From: an uncultured Ruficoccus sp.
Lineage (GTDB): Bacteria > Verrucomicrobiota > Verrucomicrobiia > Opitutales > Cerasicoccaceae
DNA: 64,000 bases
Reading direction: 5' to 3'
Assembly (NCBI GenBank): GCA_965140785.1
Contig: OZ223484.1
Coordinates: 1 to 64,000 of the forward strand
The notes below the pieces were generated by a model. It was given only the letters and a program-made list of their open reading frames with translations, ran no database searches and was not told the DNA's origin. A program made the position numbers and the translations under genes. Shown in pieces: positions 39,879-49,692 of the stretch; within the stretch, counting starts at the first letter, position 1; each line of letters starts with the position of its first letter.

Positions 39879-40355
39879 CAAACGCTCGGCGTTTGATCCG
39901 ATTGAGGGGCTCCCCCCCTACGGTGTTGCGCACCTACCCCTCGTGGTTTCGATGGCATAGGAAAAGTTCGCATTCTCTTCCCCCGCGCCCCGCCATTTGG
40001 GCCGAAAGTCGAGCTTTCACCCGAACTTGCTTAAGAATCTGGTATCAGGCCGCTAGTGATAAACGTAGGCTGTACCAAAATAGAGCGAAGTTCGTATTTT
40101 GAACACTGTGCAGGGGTTTCCGCTGGAGAGGTGGTCGTTGGTCGGGTCGAACTTTTTGATGCCAATGCCCTTCAGGATGAGGGCGTCGCACATCCTTCTG
40201 ATCTCCGTCAAAGGTGTCCTTGAAGCGCCTCAAGCGCTCGGCAATGACCGGATGATGTTTTCCAGCTACGATTACAACCCAAGCCCGTCACACGGCATCC
40301 CTATGTGAACCTTTCGCCGAAAGATAGCTGTCAAATGGTCACTTCAACTGCGACT

Positions 40356-40967
40356 CTATTCGAGGTAGTTGATAACGCAGCCATCGGGCTCGGTCTTTGC
40401 TTGCGAGACAGGCGTTCCCGCCTTGGCTTCGGCAATGGCGAGGTTGACGTAGTTTGTGATCTCTTTGATGTCAGCCGAAGCAGTTGACCGAGTGCTATCG
40501 AACGCTCCACGGTAGAAAACCTTTCCTTTGGGATCGATGATAAGTATCTCCGGTGTGAGTGTTGCTCCGTACGCCTTGCCCACTGCACCGGTTGGATCAA
40601 GCAGGATTTCGGTGGCATCCGAACCGTGTTCCGCCGCGGCTTTAAGCGCCTCTTCCTGGGGCGTGTAGCCTGGTTCCCGGGGCACAGACGAGAGAATGCT
40701 CAGCCAGACGACACCCTCAGCCGTCTGCTTCTTCTGGGCAGCCTGCATATTTCCGCTGTCATAGTTCTTTTGTACCTGAGGGCAGGAGTAATTCAGCCAC
40801 TCAAGCACAATGTACATGCCGTCATAGTTCGACAGTTTGTGCGAATTTCCATCCGCACCCTGCAAGGTGAAGGCAGGAGCTTTGTCGCCCGGTTCGATGC
40901 CAGCTGTAGCGCTCATGGTGGCGACGAGGAGACTGGTAAGTATCAGAAAATAAGTATGTTTGTTCAC
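40356..40967 (-). CDS. Secreted thioredoxin-like redoxin (AhpC/TSA-like)
   Basis: Signal peptide, GDKAPAFTL, EWLNYSCPQV, YGATLTPE, YRGAFD, GCVINY. Confidence 0.85.
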   Translation of the reverse strand: MNKHTYFLILTSLLVATMSATAGIEPGDKAPAFTLQGADGNSHKLSNYDGMYIVLEWLNYSCPQVQKNYDSGNMQAAQKKQTAEGVVWLSILSSVPREPGYTPQEEALKAAAEHGSDATEILLDPTGAVGKAYGATLTPEILIIDPKGKVFYRGAFDSTRSTASADIKEITNYVNLAIAEAKAGTPVSQAKTEPDGCVINYLE

Positions 40968-41049
40968 CGTGCAAGATGTGTGGTTGCCTGAATCTGGACC
41001 GAACCCGGTCTGGACTCAGAGTATGAAGAAAAAGAGAACGATAGAGTAT

Positions 41050-41250
41050 TTGCGCATGGCGAGCCACATTCGTGAGGGCGCTCCTGCGCGACACGGTAGA
41101 GCACTGTACGCCAGGCATTGTCGAGGTTTTCCACTTCGGCAAAGGCCGTGAAGCGGATGCTCAATCCCTTGCTCCCCGCCAAGCCCTTAATGAAGGAACG
41201 CAGGGCCGGGATCAACCCGAGGTCGTCGAGCATCGCCGATCGTAAGTACG
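41050..41250 (-). pseudogene. Remnant of a NarX/UhpB-type (HisKA_3) sensor kinase
   Basis: LRSAMLDDLGLIPAL...LYRVAQE, then ALTNVARHA in a shifted frame; no N-terminus and no rest of the ATPase domain. Confidence 0.75.
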
Positions 41251-41612
41251 GCACCAGTGCGCACTGATAGCGTTTCAGGTAGAATGTTCGAGTGTTGGGG
41301 GACATCGTCGGGGGGAGAGTGAATTCCCACCGAGTGGCAGGTCGTCTGTAGCTTTCGCCTGAAGCAACATACGAGACGTCCTTGTCGTTAGCGAGTCCGT
41401 ATTTACGGGGGGGTGAAGACCTACCCGGTGGTATCGCTCATGGGTTAAAGCGGCGACAGGGCGGCGCTTGCCGGGTTGTCCACATCGTGGGGAGAAGAAG
41501 CTGTGGTCATGCCCTCCCTACATGGTTTGCAGAGCCCGTGGAAGCAAAGATCGAAGTGCCGCCAGGGAAGCGGATTCGACCTTACTTTTTTGAGTACCCG
41601 AAAGCGTAACAG

Positions 41613-42173
41613 TCAGCTTCGGATCGATTTGATCAGCTTGATGCCCTCCATCGCCATGACGCGGACGCCATTCTCCAGAAAGCCCAAAGCACTTCCGGCC
41701 AGAAACGAGAGCTTCCCTTTGCCATGGATTTTGGTCACGAAAAGTTCAAAACAAAACTTAGAACCGTTGTCGGGACGCACCTCATCATAGAAAACGGTGC
41801 GCCCAACTTCCCGCGCCCGGCCCACGCCGGGGATGCCCGCCCATGCCAGATACAGACCGGCGAGCTGAAGTACCGCCTCAATCTGGAGCGTTCCCGGCAT
41901 AACCGGATCACCGTGGAAGTGATTGGCAAAAAACCATGTATCCGCGGTGAAGTCGAACTCCGCCTTTGCATATCCATAGACACCATCAGCGTTTTTCTCG
42001 TATTTACAAAAATGCGCTCGATTGATCAGCAGGAACCTGCCATTAGGGAGTTTGCCAAACTCTGTCCCAAAGAGACTGCCTGTCTCGCAGTGATGAATTT
42101 GTGGCTCTTCAAGGGTCTCTTCTTTTTCAGTGACGTAATTCGAGGAGCTAGGTGTATTAAAAAAACTAATCAT
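41613..42173 (-). CDS. fabA: FabA-like 3-hydroxyacyl-ACP dehydratase
   Basis: GSLFG..LP, WFFANHFHGDPVMPGTLQIE, QLAGLYLAW.G..G.GRA; ATG 42173 is the nearest canonical in-frame start. Confidence 0.8.
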   Translation of the reverse strand: MISFFNTPSSSNYVTEKEETLEEPQIHHCETGSLFGTEFGKLPNGRFLLINRAHFCKYEKNADGVYGYAKAEFDFTADTWFFANHFHGDPVMPGTLQIEAVLQLAGLYLAWAGIPGVGRAREVGRTVFYDEVRPDNGSKFCFELFVTKIHGKGKLSFLAGSALGFLENGVRVMAMEGIKLIKSIRS

Positions 42174-43458
42174 GGAATCTATTGTTATTACAGGAATGGG
42201 CGGAGTATCCCCGATCGGAATTGGAAATGCAGCTATGGACGAAAGTCTGAAGCAATGCAAACACGGATATAAAGATATCTCAACGTTTACGAGCAGCGAG
42301 AAATACCCACTAATGCAGGGTGCGGCTATCACAGACTTCTCCGCGGACGAGTATTTGAGCTTTCCGGCTGATGCAAAATACCGCAGCACGGTGCGGCCCA
42401 AGCGCCTGGACCGTATGTCGCAATTCGGGCTGGTCGCCGCCAAACTTGCGGCAAAGCAGGCTGGACTGCTCGGAGATGACGACCAACTGCTTGTTCCCGC
42501 TGCCACTCGCAGCGCAGTCATCATGGGCATCGCCTTGCTCGGGGTCGAAAGTTACGACCGGCTGCGTAAGGACTTTGACAATGGCAAAAAGATATCCCCC
42601 TTTGCCATCCCCATGTACATGACGAGTGCTCCTGCCGCCGCCATCAGCACCTACTTTAATTTCCAGGGAGCCCCTTTCACGGTGAATACCGCCTGTGCCT
42701 CTTCGCTGACGGCCATTCTCCGGGCCTGCGACATTCTCCAGCTTAACCGCCCCGGTGGCCCCAGTATGATACTGGCCGGTGGGACGGAAGCCTCGTTGAC
42801 GGACTTTGTCAGTGCCGGGTTTCTCTCCGCCCATGCCATGAGCCCCGAGGGGATTTCGCGCCCCTTTGATGTTAGTCGCAACGGATTTGGTCCCGCCGAG
42901 GGCGCAGGTGTTTTGGTTCTTGAACGCAAGAGCGATGCGCTCAAGCGGGGTGCCAAACCGCTGGCTGAAATTGTTGGGTTCAATGAACAGCACGACCACT
43001 ACGACGCGGAAAATGCGCCAACCGTGAACTTCACCTCGCCCGATACGAGCGGCGAACAGCTTGCCCAGTCAATTTTGGCCGCTCTGGAGCAAGGGCAATG
43101 CCCGCTGGAAAGCATTGATGTTTACAATGCGCACGGGACGGGCACCCAGATAAACGACCTGACGGAAGCCTATGCGCTTAAGCGGTTGTTTGGCGACAAC
43201 ATGCCCGCCATCATGGCCTTGAAAGGCTTCATGGGACATTCAGGTGGAGCCAGTGCCGTACTCGAAATCGTTGGCGGCATCTTGAGTATGCATGGGAACT
43301 ATCTGCCGGGTAATCCGCAGCTTGAGCAGGTCGACCCGAAGATTTCCCTATCGCTTGCAAAAGAGACAAAAGAACTTTCCCATCAAATCCACGTGAAAAC
43401 CGCGATGGGATTCGGCGGAGCGCGCGCCGCCATCGCTTATAAGAAATGCCCGAATTGA
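42172..43458 (+). CDS. fabF: Beta-ketoacyl-ACP synthase (FabF/FabB family)
   Basis: VITGMGGVSPIG, TACASS, NAHGTGT, KGFMGH, GFGG (Cys-His-His triad). Confidence 0.88.
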   Translation: MESIVITGMGGVSPIGIGNAAMDESLKQCKHGYKDISTFTSSEKYPLMQGAAITDFSADEYLSFPADAKYRSTVRPKRLDRMSQFGLVAAKLAAKQAGLLGDDDQLLVPAATRSAVIMGIALLGVESYDRLRKDFDNGKKISPFAIPMYMTSAPAAAISTYFNFQGAPFTVNTACASSLTAILRACDILQLNRPGGPSMILAGGTEASLTDFVSAGFLSAHAMSPEGISRPFDVSRNGFGPAEGAGVLVLERKSDALKRGAKPLAEIVGFNEQHDHYDAENAPTVNFTSPDTSGEQLAQSILAALEQGQCPLESIDVYNAHGTGTQINDLTEAYALKRLFGDNMPAIMALKGFMGHSGGASAVLEIVGGILSMHGNYLPGNPQLEQVDPKISLSLAKETKELSHQIHVKTAMGFGGARAAIAYKKCPN

Positions 43459-44138
43459 GCCGGGCGTTCACCCAACGGATCTGACACGCGGGTATCAAAC
43501 GGATAGAGATATCCACCGTTTTTCTGGCGAAAGACGGGTAGAGACCCCCTATCGACTCGCGTGTTGATCCGTCTAAAATCTGATCAGCGCAAGCAGTGCC
43601 GTCAAAGCCGTCTTCCTCCGATGGGAAAACGCTTCATGCTGATGATAAAGGAAGCTCTCGGTAGGGTTGAGCGCGTCGTGACTCCGCATGCTTAAGCATG
43701 CACCGGCTTAGCGTAGCTGCCGCTGCCCGGATAATTATGCGGTATGAACAAAATAAAGAGGGGATAGCTGTGACGACTGCGGGACAAGATAGTCCGTAAT
43801 AAAGCTTGCGTTCCCCCCGATTCCTGAAAGTGTGGGCGCATTCAAGCAGAGAAATCTGCGGGTGGCCGGTCAACGAAACTTGCGCGGTTCCCAGCCCTGA
43901 CCGGTCTGTAATCGATGAGAGGTTTGCCAGGGGTTTACGACTCGTCGACAACGGCACAGTAGCCACATTCTTTCCCGCACCTATTCTGATCGCGCTGTTT
44001 TACGGAAGCGCGTCTCTCTCTGACCACTTTTATTTTTTACCTGGGGGTATTGTATCCGCAGGCTGTGCAATCCCGGGCATTCACGTCATTCGTCCGGCTT
44101 TGCCCGACACGTAACAATGACGAAGAAAGTATAAGACA

Positions 44139-44477
44139 ATGGATATATTCGTAGGCAACCTGCCTTATGAAATCACCGAGAACGAACTTAAGGACATGTT
44201 CTCCGAACACGGCACCGTCAACCGCATCAAGCTGCTGACTGACCGTGACACCGGCCGCCCTCGCGGCATCGCCTTCGTCACCATGGACGACTTCAAGGAA
44301 GCCCAGGCCGCCATCAAAGCGACCGACGGCCAGGAACTCGGCGGACGCCCGATGAAGGTCAATCAGGCCCGTGAACGCGACCCGCAGGGTGGCGGTGGTG
44401 CCCCGCGTCATGGCGGCGGCAACTTCAACCGCGGCGGCGGCGGCGGTGGAGGCTCACGCGGTCGTGACCGCTACTAG
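44139..44477 (+). CDS. RRM RNA-binding protein with Gly-rich tail
   Basis: IFVGNL (RNP2), RGIAFVTM (RNP1), GGGG..RDRY tail. Confidence 0.94.
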   Translation: MDIFVGNLPYEITENELKDMFSEHGTVNRIKLLTDRDTGRPRGIAFVTMDDFKEAQAAIKATDGQELGGRPMKVNQARERDPQGGGGAPRHGGGNFNRGGGGGGGSRGRDRY

Positions 44478-44535
44478 GCCCTCGCCTCAACCCGTTTCAT
44501 CGCTGTGCCCGGGGAAACCCGGGCACGGCCCTGAG

Positions 44536-45513
44536 ACGCCCCCGCGCACAGGCAAGGCGCTGATCCAGGCGACCCGGCCTTTCGTTCGCGAAAACCGTCT
44601 GCGCAGTTGGTGGGAAGTGCTTTTCACGCTTGCTCTTCTCGCCCTGAGTGTCCTCGGAGCGCTAGCCCCGTGGGCTTGGCCCGCGAGGCTCATTTGCAGC
44701 ATTCTTACTGGTTTGTTGATGGTGCGTACGTTTGTGATCTTTCACGACCACCAGCACCACGCCATCCTGGAGCGTTCCGCCTTAGCCGATTTCATCATGC
44801 GCTTTATCGGCATCCTCTCACTGACGCCGAGCAGCATCTGGAAAAGCTCTCACAACTACCATCATCACAATAACTCACGCCTGCTGAGTGCCCGTATCGG
44901 CTCCTATCCGGTGATGACCAGTGAGCACTACGCCCGGGCGAGTTTCCGCGCGCGCTTCGAGTACCGCTTCATGCGGCATCCGCTAAATATGCTCTGCGGG
45001 TACCTAACCGTCTTTTTCCTGGGCATGGCCCTGCTGCCTTTCATCGAAAGCCCGAAAAAGCATCTCGACGGCCTGCTGGCCATCGCTCTGCACGCTACCT
45101 TTGCCGCCACGCTTTTTATCTTTGGTGGATTCTGGGCGCTGTTTTTCGCGCTGCTATTGCCCTACATGCTGGCCACGGCGCTGGGCTCCTATCTCTTTTA
45201 CGTGCAGCATAACTTCCCTGACGTGACCTTTCGCGACTCAGCGGGCTGGACCTACGAGGGTGCGGCTCTCGACTCCTCCAGCTTCCTGCGCCTGCCGCAC
45301 CTCATGCATTGGTTCACCGGCAATATCGGCTACCACCATATCCATCACCTCAACGCAAAGATTCCTTTCTATCGTCTGCCGGAAGCCATGCGTGCCCTGC
45401 CGGAATTACAGAACCCGAAAAGCTCCTCACTGAGCCCGCGCGATATCTGGACCTGCCTGCGCCTGTGCGTCTGGGACGTTAAAATGCAGCGGATGATTCC
45501 GCTCCCGCGCTAG
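44536..45513 (+). CDS. Membrane fatty-acid desaturase; start codon uncertain
   Basis: His boxes HDHQH, HNYHH and HHIHH; no in-frame ATG/GTG/TTG between the RRM stop and the conserved N-terminus; ACG at 44536. Confidence 0.8.
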   Translation, partial: TPPRTGKALIQATRPFVRENRLRSWWEVLFTLALLALSVLGALAPWAWPARLICSILTGLLMVRTFVIFHDHQHHAILERSALADFIMRFIGILSLTPSSIWKSSHNYHHHNNSRLLSARIGSYPVMTSEHYARASFRARFEYRFMRHPLNMLCGYLTVFFLGMALLPFIESPKKHLDGLLAIALHATFAATLFIFGGFWALFFALLLPYMLATALGSYLFYVQHNFPDVTFRDSAGWTYEGAALDSSSFLRLPHLMHWFTGNIGYHHIHHLNAKIPFYRLPEAMRALPELQNPKSSSLSPRDIWTCLRLCVWDVKMQRMIPLPR

Positions 45514-45751
45514 CTGTTGATTGCATAGAAACACGTAGCCCGTTTCGCTTGATCCTGGGCATGAGACCCATCTGTTCATGAGTACCGTCACTTTTGTCCG
45601 GCACTGCATTGTATTCACGCGAGCTCTCCTGTTCCTATCCGCGCTGCCGCTGTTGCTTTGTTCCAGCGCATAGGACCCTGCTTCGCACTTGGTGTCCGCG
45701 TCGCTCTGGCGCCCATAAAGACGACTGCCCGCCCCGCCCTATTAAAGGTGC

Positions 45752-48379
45752 TTACTTGATCAGCACAACGTCATCGATCTGAAGTTCGCTCTCAGGGGTT
45801 TCCAGGCCGATCAGTGCGACGGCCAGGGTGTTCTGCCCCTGGATATCGCCTTCGACACAGACCGTTTCCCACTCACCCGTCCCGGTAAAGGACTGGGTAA
45901 GGACCTTGTTCCAGACGCCGCCCTGGTTCTGCTTCAGCGTCAGAAACCCCTTCGCTCCGGCGGGGGCTTTGACCTCCGCCGAAAAAGACCATAGCCCCGG
46001 ATAGTCGAGCGTGAGCACCTGCCCGGCGATGACCGGATGCGAGGTGGCGGACGACTTCAGCAGGAGGGAGTACTCGCCGCTGAAACCCTCGGTGAAACTC
46101 ATGGCCGAGGGAGGCGTTTCAGACGGGCGAAGCGTCCAGGACGAAGGCCGCGCCGCGCTCTCCTCCGCCAGGTAGTCGCCTTCCCGGATTTCGAATCCGC
46201 CGTTGGCCAGTGCGTTGCCGTACTCGCGTTCCGAGTCCACTATTTCGAGATCAGCCGAGGTGGTCAGATAAACCAACGACGAGAACACGAAAGGCTGGTC
46301 GAGATCGAAGGGACCGCGCTGCAGGACATCACCGTAGAGGTCGGTCACGATAGCCTCGGGCGAGTTCCCGGACGCGGAAAAGCGCAGCCGGACAGTGCCG
46401 TTGTTGGCGGCGAACACATAGAGGTACGAGCCGTCGCTACGGCGCAGCTTCCAGGTGGAGTAAGTGCTCCCGGCTCCCTCTACCGGCCCGAGATACTCGT
46501 CGCACACCCGCAGTTGGCGGCTGAGTTCGGCGCTGACCGCATAAAAAGGCGTGATGTTGAGCCGGTCGAAGTTCCGATCCAGCTCGCCCCAGATGATGAA
46601 GTATTTGGAGAAGCCTTGCGAAAGAAACCAGAAGGCCTTGGTCGTGACCTGATAATCATCCGTGGGCTTCTCGTACATGTATTCGGTCATCCACAGCGGC
46701 ACGCCGGGCTTGGCCTCGCGGGCGGCACGCACCGTTTTCTCGATCGTTTCGCGATTGGTGTAGCCGTGGACATTGAAGATATCGAAATACGGGGCGGCTC
46801 CCATATTGAGCAGATCGATCGGCATCTGCACATCGGTGACGCCCGGCGTCAGGCTGAAGCCTGAGATCAGGAGACGGCAGCTCGGGTCGATCTCCTGAAT
46901 AATTTCATGCGTGGCCTTAAGAAGTTCGAAGTAGTCTTCGGTCGTCCCGCTGAAGGTCGCGTGCATGGCCGGTGGATGAAAGTCCACCTCGTTATAGAGT
47001 TCCCAGTACTTGACATCCTCGTGGTAACGGGAAACCACTGCCCGGATATAGACCTTCCACTCTTCAAGGCTGCGCGGCTGAAAGCGATGAGGGCTGGTCG
47101 AGTATGTTTTGTTGGGCCGTTTAATCTTTTTGTATTCATCGGGTGAATACGTGCTGGCCCAGGCCGGGGGATAACCCAGCACACCGACCAGATGAACATC
47201 GTCCGCCTTTGCCTCCGCGACGAGCTTATCGGCGGCGGCCCAATAAAACTCCCCCTGCTCCGGCTCGACGTAGCACCATAGAAACTGCCGATCGTCCGCC
47301 CAGGTGCGCACCCACTGGTAGCCGATATCTTTAAAGGCCATGAGGTGATGCCCGAGGTAACCGGCGAGCTTGCCCGGCTGAAGCGATTCGGCGATCTGTA
47401 CGATGTACCGGATCTCGTGGCTCTCCGACGTGCCCCAGGGTGTGGTAAAGGTCAGGAGCGCCCGGTAGTAGCCGGGCGCATCCAGTACCGGCAGTGCCAC
47501 CTCCAGCGGCTGATACTCAGCGCCGGCGGGAACAGTGACCGATGTCTCCGCCTGAGCAACCGGTTCGCCGTCGGAATCCCATACGTCGGCATGAACCTGG
47601 AATAGGCAGGGCTGAGACTGGAAATTGACACCGCGCAGGGGAAGCACCAGCGGCACGCCCTCATCAGTGGCGAACCGCTGAGCAGCCCGGTACGGAAAGA
47701 GCGCGGCCCGGAACTGCTCAGTCTGCCAGGCAGTCTTTCCGGTGACGACGGAGCCGTCTTCACGGTAAAGATACGTGGTATGCGCATCTGACTCCAAGGG
47801 CTCGGCCTTGACCACTTCGCTGCCGGGCACGGTGCAGTCGGATATCCGCACCGCCTCGATCTGGTAGCTGGCGGGCAAGCCGACACTATAGTCATAACCG
47901 GCGAAGAACTCTGCCGGCAGCAACCCCAGCGACCCCTCAAAGGCCTGCCGCCCCATCAGCTTTCCATCGAGCCAGAAATCCATCCGCCCGTCGCCCCAGC
48001 TCAGAACAAAACGGTGCGTACTCTGCGGAGCAAAGTCCGGTATCTCGTCCTGCGTGCTGGCGGAGGAATCCTCTCCGCGCGCGAGCACCAGCATACCCCG
48101 CGCGTCCATCGAGGGACACAGGACCATGGCAAGGATGCTCGTGCCGCCATCGGGCGCGTTACCGGAAAGACGGAAGAGGAAGTTCCAGTCGGTGACCATA
48201 GCTTTCTGGTCGTGGAAGAAAGTAACGTCGAGCTCGACCGTGCCCTCCTCACGGTTGATGATGCCCGGCGCCCAATAGGCGACCTCGGAGTCGGGTTCGT
48301 CCGCCACGCAAAAGGGTGAGAACAAGGCAAGGGCGGCGACCAGGGAGGCGGCCTTGGATAAAAGAGAAAGCGATGACAT
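45752..48379 (-). CDS. Secreted multidomain clan GH-A (GH39-like) hydrolase: LamG-like, catalytic and CBM4/9-like domains
   Basis: Signal peptide; VEPEQGEFYW, YWELYNEVD, LWMTE, NGGFE. Confidence 0.8.
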   Translation of the reverse strand: MSSLSLLSKAASLVAALALFSPFCVADEPDSEVAYWAPGIINREEGTVELDVTFFHDQKAMVTDWNFLFRLSGNAPDGGTSILAMVLCPSMDARGMLVLARGEDSSASTQDEIPDFAPQSTHRFVLSWGDGRMDFWLDGKLMGRQAFEGSLGLLPAEFFAGYDYSVGLPASYQIEAVRISDCTVPGSEVVKAEPLESDAHTTYLYREDGSVVTGKTAWQTEQFRAALFPYRAAQRFATDEGVPLVLPLRGVNFQSQPCLFQVHADVWDSDGEPVAQAETSVTVPAGAEYQPLEVALPVLDAPGYYRALLTFTTPWGTSESHEIRYIVQIAESLQPGKLAGYLGHHLMAFKDIGYQWVRTWADDRQFLWCYVEPEQGEFYWAAADKLVAEAKADDVHLVGVLGYPPAWASTYSPDEYKKIKRPNKTYSTSPHRFQPRSLEEWKVYIRAVVSRYHEDVKYWELYNEVDFHPPAMHATFSGTTEDYFELLKATHEIIQEIDPSCRLLISGFSLTPGVTDVQMPIDLLNMGAAPYFDIFNVHGYTNRETIEKTVRAAREAKPGVPLWMTEYMYEKPTDDYQVTTKAFWFLSQGFSKYFIIWGELDRNFDRLNITPFYAVSAELSRQLRVCDEYLGPVEGAGSTYSTWKLRRSDGSYLYVFAANNGTVRLRFSASGNSPEAIVTDLYGDVLQRGPFDLDQPFVFSSLVYLTTSADLEIVDSEREYGNALANGGFEIREGDYLAEESAARPSSWTLRPSETPPSAMSFTEGFSGEYSLLLKSSATSHPVIAGQVLTLDYPGLWSFSAEVKAPAGAKGFLTLKQNQGGVWNKVLTQSFTGTGEWETVCVEGDIQGQNTLAVALIGLETPESELQIDDVVLIK

Positions 48380-48395
48380 GACAGGAGTGTTTTTT

Positions 48396-49037
48396 TTATT
48401 CAGCTAAACGGTAGGAAAAAGTGAGCGTTACCGGCACATCCTTCTCCACGAAGACAATCTGCTGGAACCGCGAATTGTGCCACACGCGCACCGCGTTGGT
48501 TCCGTCGGCCGCCTCTGCGCTCACGATCCTCGCCCGGTTATCCGCCGTGTTGGGCGGGTTGCCGTCGATCTCCCGCAGATTCCAATAGGCGGGCAGGCCG
48601 GAGTCCGCCACGGTCTTTTCGAAGCTGCCGTTCTTGATCACGGCGTTGACCACCCGCACGTCATCGTACTCCACCAGAACCGGACGAAGCTCGCGGGTCT
48701 CTTCGTTCACGCGGATGTACGGTCCGAGCAGCGTAATAACCACGTTGCCGTCCTCAGAGGCGGTGAAGGTGGCGGAGCCACTCTGCCACTCCGAAGTGGC
48801 AGGCAACTGGAGGTCTATAATGCGATCCATCATCTCGCCGGCCCAGGTGGCGGGATAGACACGCGCCCCGGTCGAAGTTTGGTCAGCCGTCAACTTCTGA
48901 TTGGGCTGCTTGCTGCTGCCAGATATCTGGACGCGGACCATCGTGGACTGAGCGTGGCCGGTAGCGGCAAGCCCAAAGGCGAGCATGAGGGTAAGGGCCA
49001 CGAGCCGGCCCCCGGTTAGGTTCGGATATTTTTTCAT
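48396..49037 (-). CDS. Secreted CBM4/9-like galactose-binding-domain protein
   Basis: Signal peptide from ATG 49037 ending GHA; IKNGSFE...W, AADGTNAVRV. Confidence 0.7.
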   Translation of the reverse strand: MKKYPNLTGGRLVALTLMLAFGLAATGHAQSTMVRVQISGSSKQPNQKLTADQTSTGARVYPATWAGEMMDRIIDLQLPATSEWQSGSATFTASEDGNVVITLLGPYIRVNEETRELRPVLVEYDDVRVVNAVIKNGSFEKTVADSGLPAYWNLREIDGNPPNTADNRARIVSAEAADGTNAVRVWHNSRFQQIVFVEKDVPVTLTFSYRLAE

Positions 49038-49053
49038 GATGCGTAAAGGGTGA

Positions 49054-49659
49054 TTACTTTCTAAACCAGCGAGGGTCCGAAGGAGGAACCAGGCCGCTAA
49101 TCGCCTCCACATGGCCATCCGCAAAGAGATAGTTCGAGGTCTCGTTGGGATGACGATGCGGGACTTCTCCATTGGAGAGCGGGGAGAAGAGTTCGTTGTT
49201 CATGGCACACTCCACGACCAGGAAGGCCTCACTATCGACATTCAGGCGGTTGTAGTTCCAAGTCTTGAAGCTGTACTTGGGATCGATGGAGGCATTCATC
49301 GCATAGGAGACGGAGCGATCGGCGGTCATCTCCCACTCCGGACAGACGAAGATTCCGGCCGCCTTTGGCAGTGGCGAATATCCCATCGAGTCCTCCGGCA
49401 TATCCACGTACGGCTTCAAGGACCACATCCAGGTCTGGTCATAGCCCTTGGCCGGATCATAAGCATGGGGGAAACGGTTGTCGTTGTCGTTGGCATAGGC
49501 CGTCATGGCGATGCCGATCTGGCGCAGATTCGACGCGCAGGCCGTCGCCCGGCTCATGCGGAGCGAATGATTCACAGCGGGAATCAAAATAACGGCCAAA
49601 ATAGCGATCACGGATAGACAGGTGAGCACTTCGACCAGTGTGAATCCTCGTCGCGTCAT
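49054..49659 (-). CDS. Prepilin-type pseudopilin (DUF1559 / H-X9-DG-like)
   Basis: MTRRG|FTLVEVL, CASNLRQIG, RHPNETSNYLFADGHV. Confidence 0.9.
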   Translation of the reverse strand: MTRRGFTLVEVLTCLSVIAILAVILIPAVNHSLRMSRATACASNLRQIGIAMTAYANDNDNRFPHAYDPAKGYDQTWMWSLKPYVDMPEDSMGYSPLPKAAGIFVCPEWEMTADRSVSYAMNASIDPKYSFKTWNYNRLNVDSEAFLVVECAMNNELFSPLSNGEVPHRHPNETSNYLFADGHVEAISGLVPPSDPRWFRK

Positions 49660-49692
49660 GGGATAGGGAAATGGGGATGGTTTAAACAAAAC

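Noticed and set aside
40045..40310. Possible integrase remnant next to tRNA-Ser
   Set aside because: Short frames lack recombinase motifs; cannot be assigned.
42174..42530. Long N-terminal extension of the fabA ORF (305 aa in the track)
   Set aside because: Antisense to the conserved fabF N-terminus; FabA similarity begins near 42135.
43460..44138. Long spacer / possible structured leader of the RRM gene (CGTCATT...AATGACG stem)
   Set aside because: No recognisable riboswitch or ncRNA consensus; the stem is too short to support a call.
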